From an uncultured virus (IMG/VR IMGVR_UViG_3300042898_006229) (Duplodnaviria; Heunggongvirae; Uroviricota; Caudoviricetes): a DNA stretch of 64,000 nt. The translations under genes and the position numbers were made by a program. Location: the IMG/VR virus record IMGVR_UViG_3300042898_006229, one strand, 5' to 3'. The notes beneath the pieces were generated by a model, which saw nothing but the letters and a program-made list of their open reading frames with translations, searched no databases and was not told where the DNA came from. Shown piece after piece: positions 28,224-41,700 of this stretch (positions are counted from its first letter, which is position 1; the number at the start of each line of letters is the position of its first letter).

Positions 28224-28850
28224 ATGTTTATCAAGATATCAGCTACTACATATACAATTAAATTTGTTCTCAATAATACCGATTTTCAAGATGTTGACAA
28301 GATTGAAAAAGAACTTGCTAATATTGAAACACTCTTCCCTACTGATACTCAAGCAAAAAGTGCAACAACTACTTTCAATGGAAGAACAATGGATGTGTTT
28401 GCATTTGGACAGATGCTTCAAGATCAAGTTGATAAAATTGCTGATACTAAACTCCGTGAGATGTATGATTCTTCTTTATTTGGTGGAATAAATTATCTTC
28501 ATGCTGATCCGGAAATAGCTCAAGAACAATTGCAAAGAGACCTTGCTTCACTTGAAAGACAAATGGTGGAAAGAGAAAACAATTTATTAGACGTTGATCT
28601 TTATATGACGCAACTTGTTACAGGAAAAGAAGGGGCCACATTAAGCTTGCAACATACTTATGCCAAATTTATCAAGATAGCTACAGACGACATGGTCAAA
28701 CAATCTGATGAAGAAATTGAAGATTATTATAATAAACTTTTCGAAGATTCTGTAGGTAGTCCAGATTTTGGTACAGCACTTGAACATCCAGAAGAAACAA
28801 GAAATGAATTAACTACTAAAATTCATCATCACAAATTTAAAAAGAAATAG
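28224..28850 (+). CDS. Hypothetical protein
   Basis: About 208 aa. ATG 28224 follows the upstream TAA (the track uses GTG 28215). FIKI[SA] occurs twice. Confidence 0.6.
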   Translation: MFIKISATTYTIKFVLNNTDFQDVDKIEKELANIETLFPTDTQAKSATTTFNGRTMDVFAFGQMLQDQVDKIADTKLREMYDSSLFGGINYLHADPEIAQEQLQRDLASLERQMVERENNLLDVDLYMTQLVTGKEGATLSLQHTYAKFIKIATDDMVKQSDEEIEDYYNKLFEDSVGSPDFGTALEHPEETRNELTTKIHHHKFKKK

Positions 28851-28868
28851 TTTCTTTACAATTAAAAT

Positions 28869-31800
28869 ATGTCAGATATAAATTTTATCGATTATGATAA
28901 AATTTCAATTCAATCAGATGCTTTTGTTTCATCTGCTGAATTAAATTGTTATTTTCAATATATCCCAACTACTAAAGCTATTTCTTACAATATAAAGAAA
29001 GAGCAGCACACTGCTGGCACAACTGAAGATCCAAACGACTATAAAATTCCAGATGTTTCTGAAAAAATTCTTCCTAGAAAAATGTATAGGATAAATCCTT
29101 TCCATACAAACTATTCAGAAAAACTAGAACTTTTAAAAACAAATATTGATCCTGATATTCTTTTTCCAACTACTATCAAAGAAAATAAAACAAAAGAGAT
29201 TGACTATAGTACTTTAGGTCTTAACTCTGATCAAATTGAGTTCATGCAAGCTTTGCAATCTTTGAAATCAATGAAAGTTGATGATTTTGAAAAAAAACTA
29301 GATATTGATCAATTTGAAATTTTAGAAGAAAAAACTACAAACGGATTTTTTCAACTTTTTCCAAGATATATGGAAATGCTTACTTCTGGAGTATCCACTG
29401 GTTTCAATCAGTTTTATGACGATACAGATCCAAGCGATTCCATAAATGAAAATGAAACGCTCATAAATGACACTATAAAGAAATTAGGTCTCAATCCTAG
29501 TGAAGTCAAAGTAAAAAAAAAAATTGAAGTAAGATCTGGTAATGCTAAGAAGGAAGAAATTAATGCATATCTTCAAGATATATCTTTGTCTAACAATGTT
29601 GCAAACAACACAAGATCTATAAACAACAATTCAGTTACAAATGTAAATCAACTAAATTTACAAAATAATAATAAAATTGAATTACAAGTAAGATCTTCCA
29701 GAACAGTAAATAATATTAGTACTTCCAACAAAACTGATTTCAATTTTATCAACAACACCAATAGAACTGTTAATCAACAAATAACTAATTTAAATAAATT
29801 TTCTGATGCAACTAAAATTGATTTTGAAAATTTATATAAGTCCTTTTTAAAAGACTTAAATATTGCGCCGAATGTAGAAAATCAATTCTTCAAGATAGTC
29901 AACCAGCATAGTAAGAATTTAAGCATCGAATTTAATAGAATACTCAATCATACTGAAAAAACTGTTTATGAGACAAATTTAAAGAACTTGTCTACTTCTT
30001 ATAATTTCTATAGACACATTGAAAATAGATATAGAGAATTTATTCAGAACCTAAATTTCTTTAATGACACAGTTCAGCAAATAAGACAAACTGAAGTTAA
30101 TCTTAAAAACACTTATCAAAATATTCACAGACATAGTGTTACTCATAAAAATAATCATTACAAGAATATTGTAAATTTAACTAAAAATGTAAATTACGAA
30201 TATACTGCCAATGATTATGAATTTCAATATGCTGTTTTAAGAACAATCAAAAATAGTAATCAATATGTCGAAAATAAGATAACGAAAATCAAGAATGACT
30301 TAAATGTAGCCCAGCAAAACATTTCTTTTGTTCATCATAGAATGGTTCATATCCAGGAGAAAACCAGTAATTTTATATCGAAAGAAATAAAGAATGTTCT
30401 CAATAATACTGATTACGTTGATGAATATTCTAACATAATTGTCAACAAAATAAGTAATATATCTAACAATCAAACAGTTAGAGCTTTATTATCTTTAGTT
30501 ACAAATGAAGAGCAACTTAATAGTATTTACACAGTATTGAGGCAAAGTAACATCAACACTTCTAATATTAAGAATTTAGTTGATATACTAAATTATTCTA
30601 AAAATAATAATTTAGAAATTACTAAAGTTTCAAGTTCCACAGTAGAAAATATAAAGAATTTAGTCAGTCTTTCAAAGAATGTTGTTGATTACAATAATAT
30701 TGAAAATCAGATTGTAAATAAGTTATCTTCTATAAATGTTGAAGAATTGAAATCATTTGTCAATTTGTCAGAATCAAAATCTTTCACTAGAATAGCACAA
30801 AGTTATAAAAATATTTCAAATGTAATTGAAAACCTAAATACATATTCTGTAAATCCCAAAATATCTACAATTCGTATTGACCAGAAAAAAGTAGATAATT
30901 TTAATCAAATTGTAAATAAATCTAGTTTTGGTTTTGTAGTAGAAAAACTATCAAATTTTAACACAGAAAATATTACAGAAAAAATAAATTTATTAAAAAA
31001 TATCAACGTTACACAAGATATTAAAAAAACTGAAAATATTGTAAGAAAAATTACAAGACTGGTAAAAAATAATAATGTCAACCAGATAACAGAAAACATA
31101 GATGAGATAAGCAATTTGAATAATTCAGAATTTAAGACAGAAATTCAAAATTTGAAAAATCTTATTAATATTTCTAAAAATGTAGATGTCACAAATGTTG
31201 AAAACTTAAAAGTTTCTCAATTAAATATTGTATCTGAAAATATTGAAAAGTTGAGCAAAATTAGTCAGATAAATAACTTAACTCAAGAACAAGTAAATGT
31301 TGTCAAACAGATTAGTCAAGTCAAAAATATAACTGAAGAAAAGATAAGTCAAGTAAATAAGATAATTAATCTTACAAACAATAATGATATATCTAACTTT
31401 AAGTTATCCAGTGTAAATCAATTGACAGAAGTTGTCCAAAAGATTTCTAATATAGAAAGCAAAGATTTACTTAATATTGTAAATTTGACAAAGACTGTGC
31501 AAGAAAGAAAGATCTACAATAAGATTTCCAATCTTGTCAAAAATGTTGAAATTTTGGATACTGTTAATGTCACTCAAGAAACTGCTCAGAATATTTCTAA
31601 AATTTCTAACACTAATAATATCAATCAAATTACTAAAGATTTAAATTTAATTTCTGAAAATTATCAGGAATTCAAGACAAGTGTTCAGCAAATAAATAAG
31701 ATTGCGCAAGTTAAGAATGTTGACCAGATAGTAAAGAATTTGAATTATGTAAATAATATAATTCAAGAAAATAATATTGTAAATCGCACAAGCAAAATAG

Positions 31801-32768
31801 ATCAAAAAGACTTTATCACTGCCATTAATTTAAGTAAAAATTATATCCAATCTTTTAATAGATTTGAAAGTAAAATTAGTAATATTTCTCAAAGACAAAA
31901 GATTAGAGAAACTTTACAAGATATCAATATTACAAATAATGAGATAAATAACTCAACTGTCCAAATTACAAACAAAACACAAAAAGTTCAATTACAAGAA
32001 TTTATCCAAAACTTAAACTTGTTGCAAACCGAAAAGAATACAACAATCTTAAATCGATATAGTTTTGAAAGTAATAAAAAGAATATTTCTAATTTATTTA
32101 CTGAACTTAATGTTACACAGCAGAATAAGCAAGAAAAGCGAACGGAAAAAGAATTTGCTCGTATATCAAAACGACTAGATAGAATAAACAAAGAAACTAT
32201 CAAGGTTCAGGGTAATTCATATAAAGTGGAACAAAATTTCTTCGATATGATGAACTTCTATAATGAGCAGAAAGTAACAAAGACAAGTAAAGACAGAAAG
32301 GTAAATAATTTCTTTCAATTGTTGGACGTATTGAATGTTCAAAAAACTACTAACGAAAGAAAAGTTACTCAAAAAATTCAGAAGATTGAGCAAGTTCAAA
32401 ATCGCATTGTAAATAATAATTCACAGATCAAAATTGATGTTTATAGAGAGAAGAAAGATAATTATTACAAGGTAGACAATCGTCAAACTTTCACCACAAA
32501 TAATTATCATCAAGAGAAAGAAGAACAGAAAAAGACAGAGAAGATAGTTGAAAACAAAGTAGAAGAGTTGCTTGTCAAGAAAATTGAAAATGTAACAAAT
32601 AATTTAGTGTCTAATGTAATCACTAAAAATGAATTCAACACTATCAAAAAAGAAATAATCCAGGAAATTTTCAACATAGAAATGAAGACAGAAGAACGAA
32701 TCAAAGAGATACGTAAGGAAACCCAGCAGACTGTACAAACTATGTTAGAGAAGTTCCTAAGAAGTTAA
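28869..32768 (+). CDS. N/I/K/Q-rich low-complexity helical protein; tape-measure candidate
   Basis: 1299 aa; no Trp seen; about 2 Gly and 2 Pro in the last ~1070 aa; degenerate NLxNxSKNV repeats; precedes tail-tip/hub genes; TACAAT-N6-ATG upstream. Confidence 0.45.
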   Translation: MSDINFIDYDKISIQSDAFVSSAELNCYFQYIPTTKAISYNIKKEQHTAGTTEDPNDYKIPDVSEKILPRKMYRINPFHTNYSEKLELLKTNIDPDILFPTTIKENKTKEIDYSTLGLNSDQIEFMQALQSLKSMKVDDFEKKLDIDQFEILEEKTTNGFFQLFPRYMEMLTSGVSTGFNQFYDDTDPSDSINENETLINDTIKKLGLNPSEVKVKKKIEVRSGNAKKEEINAYLQDISLSNNVANNTRSINNNSVTNVNQLNLQNNNKIELQVRSSRTVNNISTSNKTDFNFINNTNRTVNQQITNLNKFSDATKIDFENLYKSFLKDLNIAPNVENQFFKIVNQHSKNLSIEFNRILNHTEKTVYETNLKNLSTSYNFYRHIENRYREFIQNLNFFNDTVQQIRQTEVNLKNTYQNIHRHSVTHKNNHYKNIVNLTKNVNYEYTANDYEFQYAVLRTIKNSNQYVENKITKIKNDLNVAQQNISFVHHRMVHIQEKTSNFISKEIKNVLNNTDYVDEYSNIIVNKISNISNNQTVRALLSLVTNEEQLNSIYTVLRQSNINTSNIKNLVDILNYSKNNNLEITKVSSSTVENIKNLVSLSKNVVDYNNIENQIVNKLSSINVEELKSFVNLSESKSFTRIAQSYKNISNVIENLNTYSVNPKISTIRIDQKKVDNFNQIVNKSSFGFVVEKLSNFNTENITEKINLLKNINVTQDIKKTENIVRKITRLVKNNNVNQITENIDEISNLNNSEFKTEIQNLKNLINISKNVDVTNVENLKVSQLNIVSENIEKLSKISQINNLTQEQVNVVKQISQVKNITEEKISQVNKIINLTNNNDISNFKLSSVNQLTEVVQKISNIESKDLLNIVNLTKTVQERKIYNKISNLVKNVEILDTVNVTQETAQNISKISNTNNINQITKDLNLISENYQEFKTSVQQINKIAQVKNVDQIVKNLNYVNNIIQENNIVNRTSKIDQKDFITAINLSKNYIQSFNRFESKISNISQRQKIRETLQDINITNNEINNSTVQITNKTQKVQLQEFIQNLNLLQTEKNTTILNRYSFESNKKNISNLFTELNVTQQNKQEKRTEKEFARISKRLDRINKETIKVQGNSYKVEQNFFDMMNFYNEQKVTKTSKDRKVNNFFQLLDVLNVQKTTNERKVTQKIQKIEQVQNRIVNNNSQIKIDVYREKKDNYYKVDNRQTFTTNNYHQEKEEQKKTEKIVENKVEELLVKKIENVTNNLVSNVITKNEFNTIKKEIIQEIFNIEMKTEERIKEIRKETQQTVQTMLEKFLRS

Positions 32769-32771
32769 TAA

Positions 32772-35700
32772 ATGGCACTGTATCAGATAGACCGTCCGAG
32801 AAATGCACAATTTGTTGGTAAATTTAAATTTAATTACCAAGTCAACGTTGGTGAGCCAGCACAGTTTGTATCTGCTCAAACACATTGGGATACTAATGCA
32901 GGCGTAAGATTTACGTTCAATGGAGAAGAGGGATTAGTAGGAACTGTTGCTGTTGCCAACAGGGGAGCAAATTTGGCCTCCATTTTAGGCTGGCCAACTA
33001 AAACACAATCTTTTCCCAATTTTGGTGAAAATGCTTATGATTCCTTCAGTAAAAAAGCAATTATCAGAATAGCATATGATTTAAACCCAGCATTTGATGT
33101 TGCTCAAAGAGACTTTGTACTAATTGATGAAGTTGACTTTGTTCCAGGTATTGGATCATTAGCAACAATGTCTGGAACAGTTGAAGGTTACATTTATTGG
33201 GGAGCAGTTATTAATGAATTTGTTGATATTCAAGAATTTTATCCTGCAAAAGATTATTATATAAAATCTTCTGTTTGTCCTGACAATGAAAATCAATATT
33301 GGTATCAAGAAGAATTAAATGAAAAGACTGTAAGGCATTGGCCTAAATATACTACTATCAATTGGTTTGAAGCTCCTGATCGTACTAAAAAAGGTATTAT
33401 GGGTATCTTTTTAAAGATTACCAATTCCAAAAATAAAGAAACAATCATCAATAGATCTTGGAGTGTAAACCCTCCAGTATCAATAGATTACACTGCATAT
33501 AAAGAATTGAATGCATGGACATCTTTTGCATCAAACAATGGGTATGTTTCAATTTCAAGTAATGTACCTTTTTCGAGTAATGATAAACAAATACAGGCAA
33601 AAACTAAATTTGTAACAGTAGATCAAGAAAATTTTTCAATTTCTCCGCAAGGATATCCAATTGGTTCAGCCAATCGTGGAAAAAGATCTTTTGCAAAAAT
33701 TGATTTAGAGACAGAATCATCAAGAAAAGTTTCATTTAATTCTCAAATATATGATTGGGATAAACCACATACAGATGAATTAACTGCGTATATAGTAGGC
33801 TTTGGATGTGTAGGTGAACTTGGATATTATTCATTACCAGGGTCTACAATTCCATATGCTTTACCTACTTATGAAAAAGTTGTGACAAAATCTGGTGATA
33901 TATCACCAAAAGATCAGACTTATAGATATTACAAAGGAGACATATCAGCTCAATCTATTTATGATTTTAATAGTGAATTTGATTCTAAATCAGTTTTGTT
34001 AGACACTAGACAAAAATGGATTTACGGAATGATAGATGGAGCTTCAGAGCAATTTGATGATCTTGAAAGTCCTCCAAAAGACTATGATTATCCAGCCTAT
34101 TGGGTCAGATCTGCAAATGGTTGTAGAGATATAAATGAATTTCCAAGATTGAGAACTCTTGATGAAACTGATCTACCAAGTGGTTCTTTATCAATTCCAA
34201 TACCTTTAAGAGGCTGGAAATTCAATGCTATGACATTAAAGCAAGATAAGGAATACACTTTGTCGTCAAATGGTTCTTTATCTGGTTTTGGCCTTACTTA
34301 TGCATTGAGTTTTCTAGGATCAAGTAAAGATCCTTATTATTATGGAAGTGAAAATTTATCAGGGTACAGATATCTTAAATTTGATATTGCTTCTAAAAAC
34401 AAAGATAGTCAGTCAACCACTTTTGCAATAAGTGAAACATCAAAAGGTTTTACATTATCAAATAATTCAGAAAATATAAATGAAAAATCTTGGAATATTA
34501 GTATTCCTGAAGCAAACAAAGGTAAAGCAAATTATGTTATAGACCTTTGCAACCCTGACAATAAAATCGATTTTGTAGATAATCAAGATTCACCATATCC
34601 CAGACTTAATACTTACACAACATCAAAACCTCAAAGTACTAATCCTTTTGGGTACTTGGCAGTGGAAAATAAACCCAAAGATGATTTTTTAATAACAAAA
34701 TCTTTATCTGGAGATGAATCTACAACTTGGATAAATGATATATTGAAAGCCAAAATCAATAATTCTGGTATTATTTATCTTTCTGATGATGTTTCGAAAA
34801 ATGTAGATTATTTTGAAGTGAATACTTCTGCATTTCCAAAAGCTGGTGTTGGTACAAACATCATTTTTGGAAAACCTAGAATTTTTAATGGAAAAATTAA
34901 GTTATCAAATATTTTTGATGCTAAAGGCCATTATATAAAAGACGAAAAAACCAAAGTTATTACAATTGAAGATTCAAAATATTTTCAAGAACTTGACGTA
35001 TTTATAGTCAAAAATGATATAACTTCTGATAAGACAATAGATGAATTATTGAACAAGGATAGTAATGGAAATTATCCTGATGAATTTCAAATTTACAATT
35101 ATGATTTCGGTTATCCAGAGGAAACAGATGTAATTGGTAGAAATAATATAAATTTTATCGAAGGTTCTCAATATATTTATGTTGACCCAATAAATATATT
35201 AAACGATAATTATAACTTACCTTATGACGCTGTTATTATCCAAGATTCTAAAAAAAGAAAAGTTTATAAATTTGTTCAATATATTAGTGTAAATATTGAT
35301 AAAACTTACATACAAATTGAAGTTCCATCTAATTTTGACTCAAATATAATTTTTAATTCAGGTTCTTCAATTAAACTTGGATTTTTAGATGGTAAAACTG
35401 ACGATATATTTTCATCAATTATAGTAAAGTTTAATAAAGTTGATAAAATTTCAAACAATAAATACAAACTTTTTATTGAATATTCAAAATTAGATGTAAA
35501 TTCTGCTCCTAACTATAATGGAATACCTCCAGAAATTAACGAACAATCAACTTATTTTTCTGCCAACGCTCCAGTTATCACTGTCAAACCACCTAAATTA
35601 GTAGAATTCAATTTCCCCGTAGACACTCTTTTATTTACACAGATTAAGACAAACCCCATAAGTGGGAACGAAGTAAATGCTATTGATGACTATCCAGAAG

Positions 35701-38700
35701 ATGAAGTGTCTAATGGACCTTATTATGGAGTAACTAGAATTGCTAAAATTAAAAGCACAAATGAATTAGTCGAATTTGAAAACTTAAAATTAATAAGAAA
35801 TAACTCATTATCAAATTTTGTTTATTCTGGAAATAATAATACTTTTCAAAGTCAGACTAAATTTGACGCTTTCTCTAAAGTTACAACTGAATATTACACA
35901 AGAAGGTTTTGGCAACAAAATACAGACGCAAGAGATGAAGAAGAGGGAGACATTTCTTGGCAACATACAAAGTCAGAATTAGTTGATTCTTGGGCATTGT
36001 TTCCAAAATCAATATCAGGGCTTTGTGATGATATTAATAGGAAAGATGAATATGTTGCCCCAAGATGGCTCAATCCTAATAATCCATCATCTACAATAAC
36101 CAGGCATCCAGGTTGGGTAGCAACAAAAATTGATAAAAGCTATCCTACTGATCCAATTACAGGCAATAGAATTTATTCTATAAAACTAGACCCAGAGTAC
36201 TTGAATTCAGATACTGGATTGGCTACCTGGATTTATGGTGGAGGTTTGCTTGCTGTTCCTAGTGGCAAAAATAGTGGTTCAGGAACAACTTATATAAAGG
36301 CTATAGATATATCTTTCAATGATATGAAGACTATCTTGGCACAAACTATATTTCATAGAATAAATGCAGATTTTCCACCAGGTAAACCAGATCTATTTGG
36401 CAATACTTCTTTACGAAATGAGGACGGAACGGTTCAAGAATCTACCCTTCATTTACGTGGTGGTTTTATTGCAAGAGGTCCTGGACATGGACTAATACTT
36501 CCTCCGCAAAAAAGTACATCTGAAAATTTAAGAAAAGCTAATTTAATAGAAGATTCTACTGGGAATTCTAAAGGCTCATCTGAATCTGATTTAAGAGGTT
36601 ATTTTCAAACATCCTCGCCTTTTGGAAAGAATAAAATAGATCATTATATTGAATTAGAAAAAACTGAAAAATTCCCTACGCCTTCAAATTTTAGAAGTTC
36701 AACCAGGAATTTTACACAAGCAAAGAGAGAAAGAGCAGCATTTAAAAATGAAGGCGTTAAACAAAAACTTGCGACAAATTTATCTGCTTGCGAATCAGGT
36801 TTTGAAAATTCAATAGTCATATCATATACAGTTCCTGGATCTGGTAGCAGCAATCCACAAACATCCATAATTCAAACAGATTCATTTTTTGATGAAATTT
36901 ATGAAATTTATCCTGTTGGCTTTGACACAAAAAGTGGAATAGGAAAAACATTATCAGGTAGTTTTCCATTTGTTTTAAGTTCTGAATCTATAGCCAATAA
37001 AGAAACAAAAGTTCACACATTTTTATTGGTAGAGAATAATTCTGATTCTAAATCAAACTCAAGTTTAAATTTCTCTTCTGTAATTGCTGCGAATACCAAT
37101 ATGAGAGATAAGAATTCTTGGTATCCGTATATTGATGGGGAAACTAAAGTTGATGCTAATTTTTCAACTTTATCAAAAGCGTTTGAAGGAACAATTTACA
37201 ATTCATATGTTATCACTGATGAATCTCCCGAAATATTCAATGTTGGATACGCAGATCCAGGATCAATAATAGTACGATCAATATCACTTAATGCAACAAA
37301 TATACAATCACCTATAACAGACAAATCTATATTCATCGATGGAGTTGCGCCTACTAACACATCTAAGTTCAGATTATTAGACCCTATAGCTTCTTCGGGG
37401 ACTGCAGTTTCATCATTTGCAACAATTACTCAACTAGCATCGAGAGATTATTTGGTTGCATATTCATTAAAAGAATCTCCAAGAAAAATTCATTTTAAGG
37501 TTATATCAAATTACAACACTTTAGATAAAAACTTACTTTTAGATTTAGATTCAATTTCTGGAAACAACTTAAAAGAAGATTACAATATTTATGGTCTCAC
37601 ATCATCTTATGATGAAAAATTAGGATTACATAGATCGGTCTTTTGGAGTAATGGAGGAATTTACTATTTTGAAAATGCATTTATTTCAAGTAGTATAGGT
37701 AATACATTAACAAGTAAATTGCATTTAATTAAGGGAAAACTCGATGATAATTTAGTAACAGAGCTGAAGAATAGAAATAATATAATTACTTATTTTGAAA
37801 GCAAAAGTGAACTGGATGAAAGTGTTCCAAAACAAAGACCAGCTATAATCACATGCAAAAATGAAAGCTATGACGGCAGTGTTATTATAGCTTATGATAA
37901 TGGGAAGTGCGCAATAGAGGCAGTTTTATTAAATCCATTTTTTAACATTATAGGAACTAGAAAATTTGATATAGAGTGTATTAATGATTCTGGATCAGAT
38001 TCAATTGACACAAACGGACAAGATAAACCCCCAATAGCCGATATTCAAGCAAATCCTACAAGTGGGCAATCAGAATTAAAAGTTGATTTTCTTTCAACAA
38101 ATTCATATGATCCTAATGGAAGCATACTTACTTATGCTTGGGACTTTGGTGATGGAAATAAATCTACTGAAGAAAACCCGTCACATATTTTTGTAAATAA
38201 TACTACAAATCCAATTGATTTTAAAGTCACTCTTATTGTGACAAATTCAAATGGTATAAAGAGTGATCCAGTATCTGTTACAATTACTGTAAATCCAGCT
38301 CCAGTAAACAACCTTTCACCACAAGCTAAATTTTCTGCAACCCCTACCTCTGGTGATGTTATTCTGACTGTAACATTTACTGATCAATCTACTGCAGCAA
38401 ATGATGGTTCATTTATTACAGATTATCAATGGGATTTTGGAGATGGTGAATCAGTTATAAAATTTGATAAAAATCCATTTACTTATGATTACACAAGAAG
38501 CGGATCGTTTGTTCCAAAATTATTTGTCAAGGATAATTTGGCAAGATTGTCTAGTACATTTATTGGACCAACAATAAATGTCAATGGTGTTGTTAATAAC
38601 CCTCCATCACCAAGTTTTCAGTGGGTCCAGACATCATTTACACCTTCATTAAAAGTACAATTCACTGATACTTCAAGTGATGACGAGGGCCCATTAGTTG

Positions 38701-41700
38701 CTTGGAATTGGAACTTTGGAGACAATGAAACATCTGACGTTCAAAACCCAGAACACATTTATGCAGATCCAGGCAAATATAGAGTGGTTCTGACTATTAC
38801 TGATTCTGGAGGACTTCAAGTATCAGGAACAATTGAAATTACAGTTTTGCCTCCAGGAAATAATCCGCCCATTGCAAACTTTAATTATTCTCAACAAAAC
38901 AGAAAATTAGAAGTTGATTTTACAGATACTTCTACTGATACTGATGGAACAATTGTTTCTTGGAACTGGGATTTTGGTGATACTTCTTCAGATAGTTTAC
39001 AAAATCCATCTCACACTTATGCATTTTCTGGAACATATGAAGTTACATTAAAAGTTACAGATAATGGTGGAAAGTCAAGTTTCATCACAAAAAATGTTAC
39101 TGTAAATCCACTTGTTAATCAAGCTCCGATTATTTTAAATATTACAGGTAATCAAACAAGCTTCAAACCATTAGTGGTTAAATTTACTGAAAATTCTTCT
39201 GACTCTGATGGATTTATAACTCAGTGGAATTGGAATTTCGGCGACAGGAATACATTTTCAACAACTGATCCAGCCTTTAAAAATCCAACAAATACTTATC
39301 AAAATCCGGGTACATATACTGTAACCCTAACTGTTACTGATGATGGTTTGCCTGATGGAACAAACAAGAAAACTGCAACATCTTTTATTAGATTTACTGT
39401 TGCTCCGCCACCAGCAAATCAGCCACCTGTAGCTTTATTTACAGTTGATTCCAATAATGTATTTGCACCAGCTACAATTATCTTCACTGATGCGTCCACT
39501 GATGCTGACGGAAAAATAGTAAGTTGGCTTTGGGAATTTGAAACAGGAAGCTCTTTATTTTACAATGCTCAAACCTATCAAAAAACTGTATCTCACACTT
39601 TTACTAAATCAGGCACATATTCAGTAAAGCTAACAGTTACAGATGACGGCAATTTAAAAAATACATATATTTTAGATATTTTTGTTAAAAACAATGCTCC
39701 AATAGCAATACTTACGGCTTCTCCAAATCCAGCTCTATCTCAAACACAAGTATCATTCTTTGGGAATACTTCATATGACATTGATGGAACTATTGTCAAA
39801 TATGCTTGGGACTTTGGTGATACAACAATTATATCCCAAGGAAGAACTATAGAATCTCATACATATGCCAAACCTGGAACATATAAAGCTTCACTTACAG
39901 TAACTGATAATTTAGGTGATAGTTCCACTGCTAATTTATTTATCAATGTTACCAATAGAAGTCCTATATCAAGAATTACTTACACTACATTAGCTGTTAA
40001 GGCACCAGGAAGTTTGACATTCAATGGAGATACCTCTTCAGATATTGATGGAATAATAGCATCTTATAGTTGGAGTGTATCTGGTTCTGTAGTAGCAACA
40101 ACTCCTAATGCAACAATCAACTTTACAACACAAGGTACATATGTAGTATCTCTTACTGTGACTGATGATTTTGGTGCTACAAATACTTCCAGCGTCACAG
40201 TTAACGTTTCTGCTCCTGACAATATTCTTCCAATTGCTATCTTAAGTGTTGATAAAAATTCAGGAGTAATAAATGACACTTTTGTTTTTGATGTAACAAG
40301 TTCTAGAGATTCAGATGGTTCTATCATTCTTTATATATTAGATTTTGGAGATGGAACTTCTAAACAATTTGTCAATCCTGCTCCTATTTTTCATGTTTAT
40401 AAAACTGTTGGTGTTTTCACTGCAAAATTATTTGTCACTGATAATAGAAATGGTGTCAGTCTAGAAACTGCAAATTCTAATCAAGAAATTACAATTAATA
40501 ATCAACCTCCAAAAGCTAGTTTTTCCTTTGGTCCTATAAATGCATTGACTTTTGACCCAATTACATTTATTGATAATTCAAGTGATCCAGAAAATGCTTT
40601 ATCTAGATGGTCTTGGGATTTTGGAGATGGAACTAACTTTACTACAACTGATCCACTACAAAAAAATCCTACAAAATCTTACAGTGATGGTAATAGAAAC
40701 TATACCGTGACTCTTACTGTATATGACAATTTTGGATTGTTTGATTCTGTATCTCAAATTGTATTTATAGAGAACAGAAAACCATTTGCAGTTATATCAA
40801 CAAGTAGCATTCCTGTAAATAATGTAATCTCTGGAACTGCACCATTTACGGTAACATTTGATTCTAATTCTTATGATCTTGATGGAAAAGTTGCAAATTA
40901 TGAATGGTACATAAACGGATTACTAGGAACACCTTTCAGGACAAAATCTTTCACTTACACTTTCGATACAGCAAGATTTATTCCATATTCTGTTACGCTT
41001 AAAGTTCAAGATGATGATGGTGCTTTTAGCGATTTAGCCAATATTGGTGTAAAAGTAAATGTTCCAAATACTCCACCTGTTGCAGTTGTATCAGCAAACC
41101 CTCAATCAAACTCAAGCTTTGCACCAGTGTCTGTAACTTTTTCAGCTGCTGGAAGTTATGATCCTGATAATATTGGTGGACCTCTTATTTATGCTTGGGA
41201 TTTTGGTAATAGTAGCGTTTCAGATCAAGTTATTGCTGCAACAACCTATTCTAAACCAGGAAAATATACTGTTACTCTTACAGTTACAGATAATTTAGGT
41301 GCAACAAATACTGCAACACTTGATTATATTGTCAAAAATAATAAACCTGTAGCATTGTTGGATTCAATACCATCTGGAATTACGCAAGTTGAAATTAATA
41401 ATTCAATTTCCTTTACATCTGAAGGAAGTTATGATAATGACACAAATCAGTTTATTAATGGATATAAATGGTTAGTTGATGGTGTAAATCAAAATTCTAA
41501 CACACCAATACTTACTACATCTTTTAACACAATTGGTAATCATAATGTCACTCTTTCAGTTTTTGATAACTTGGGATTAGAATCTGATACCGTATCTAAA
41601 ACAATATATGTAGTTTCAACAACACCTCCTCCGCCTAATAACAATAATCCAATAGCAATACTTGGAAATGAACCAACTGTCACAGGTTATATCGAGCTCA

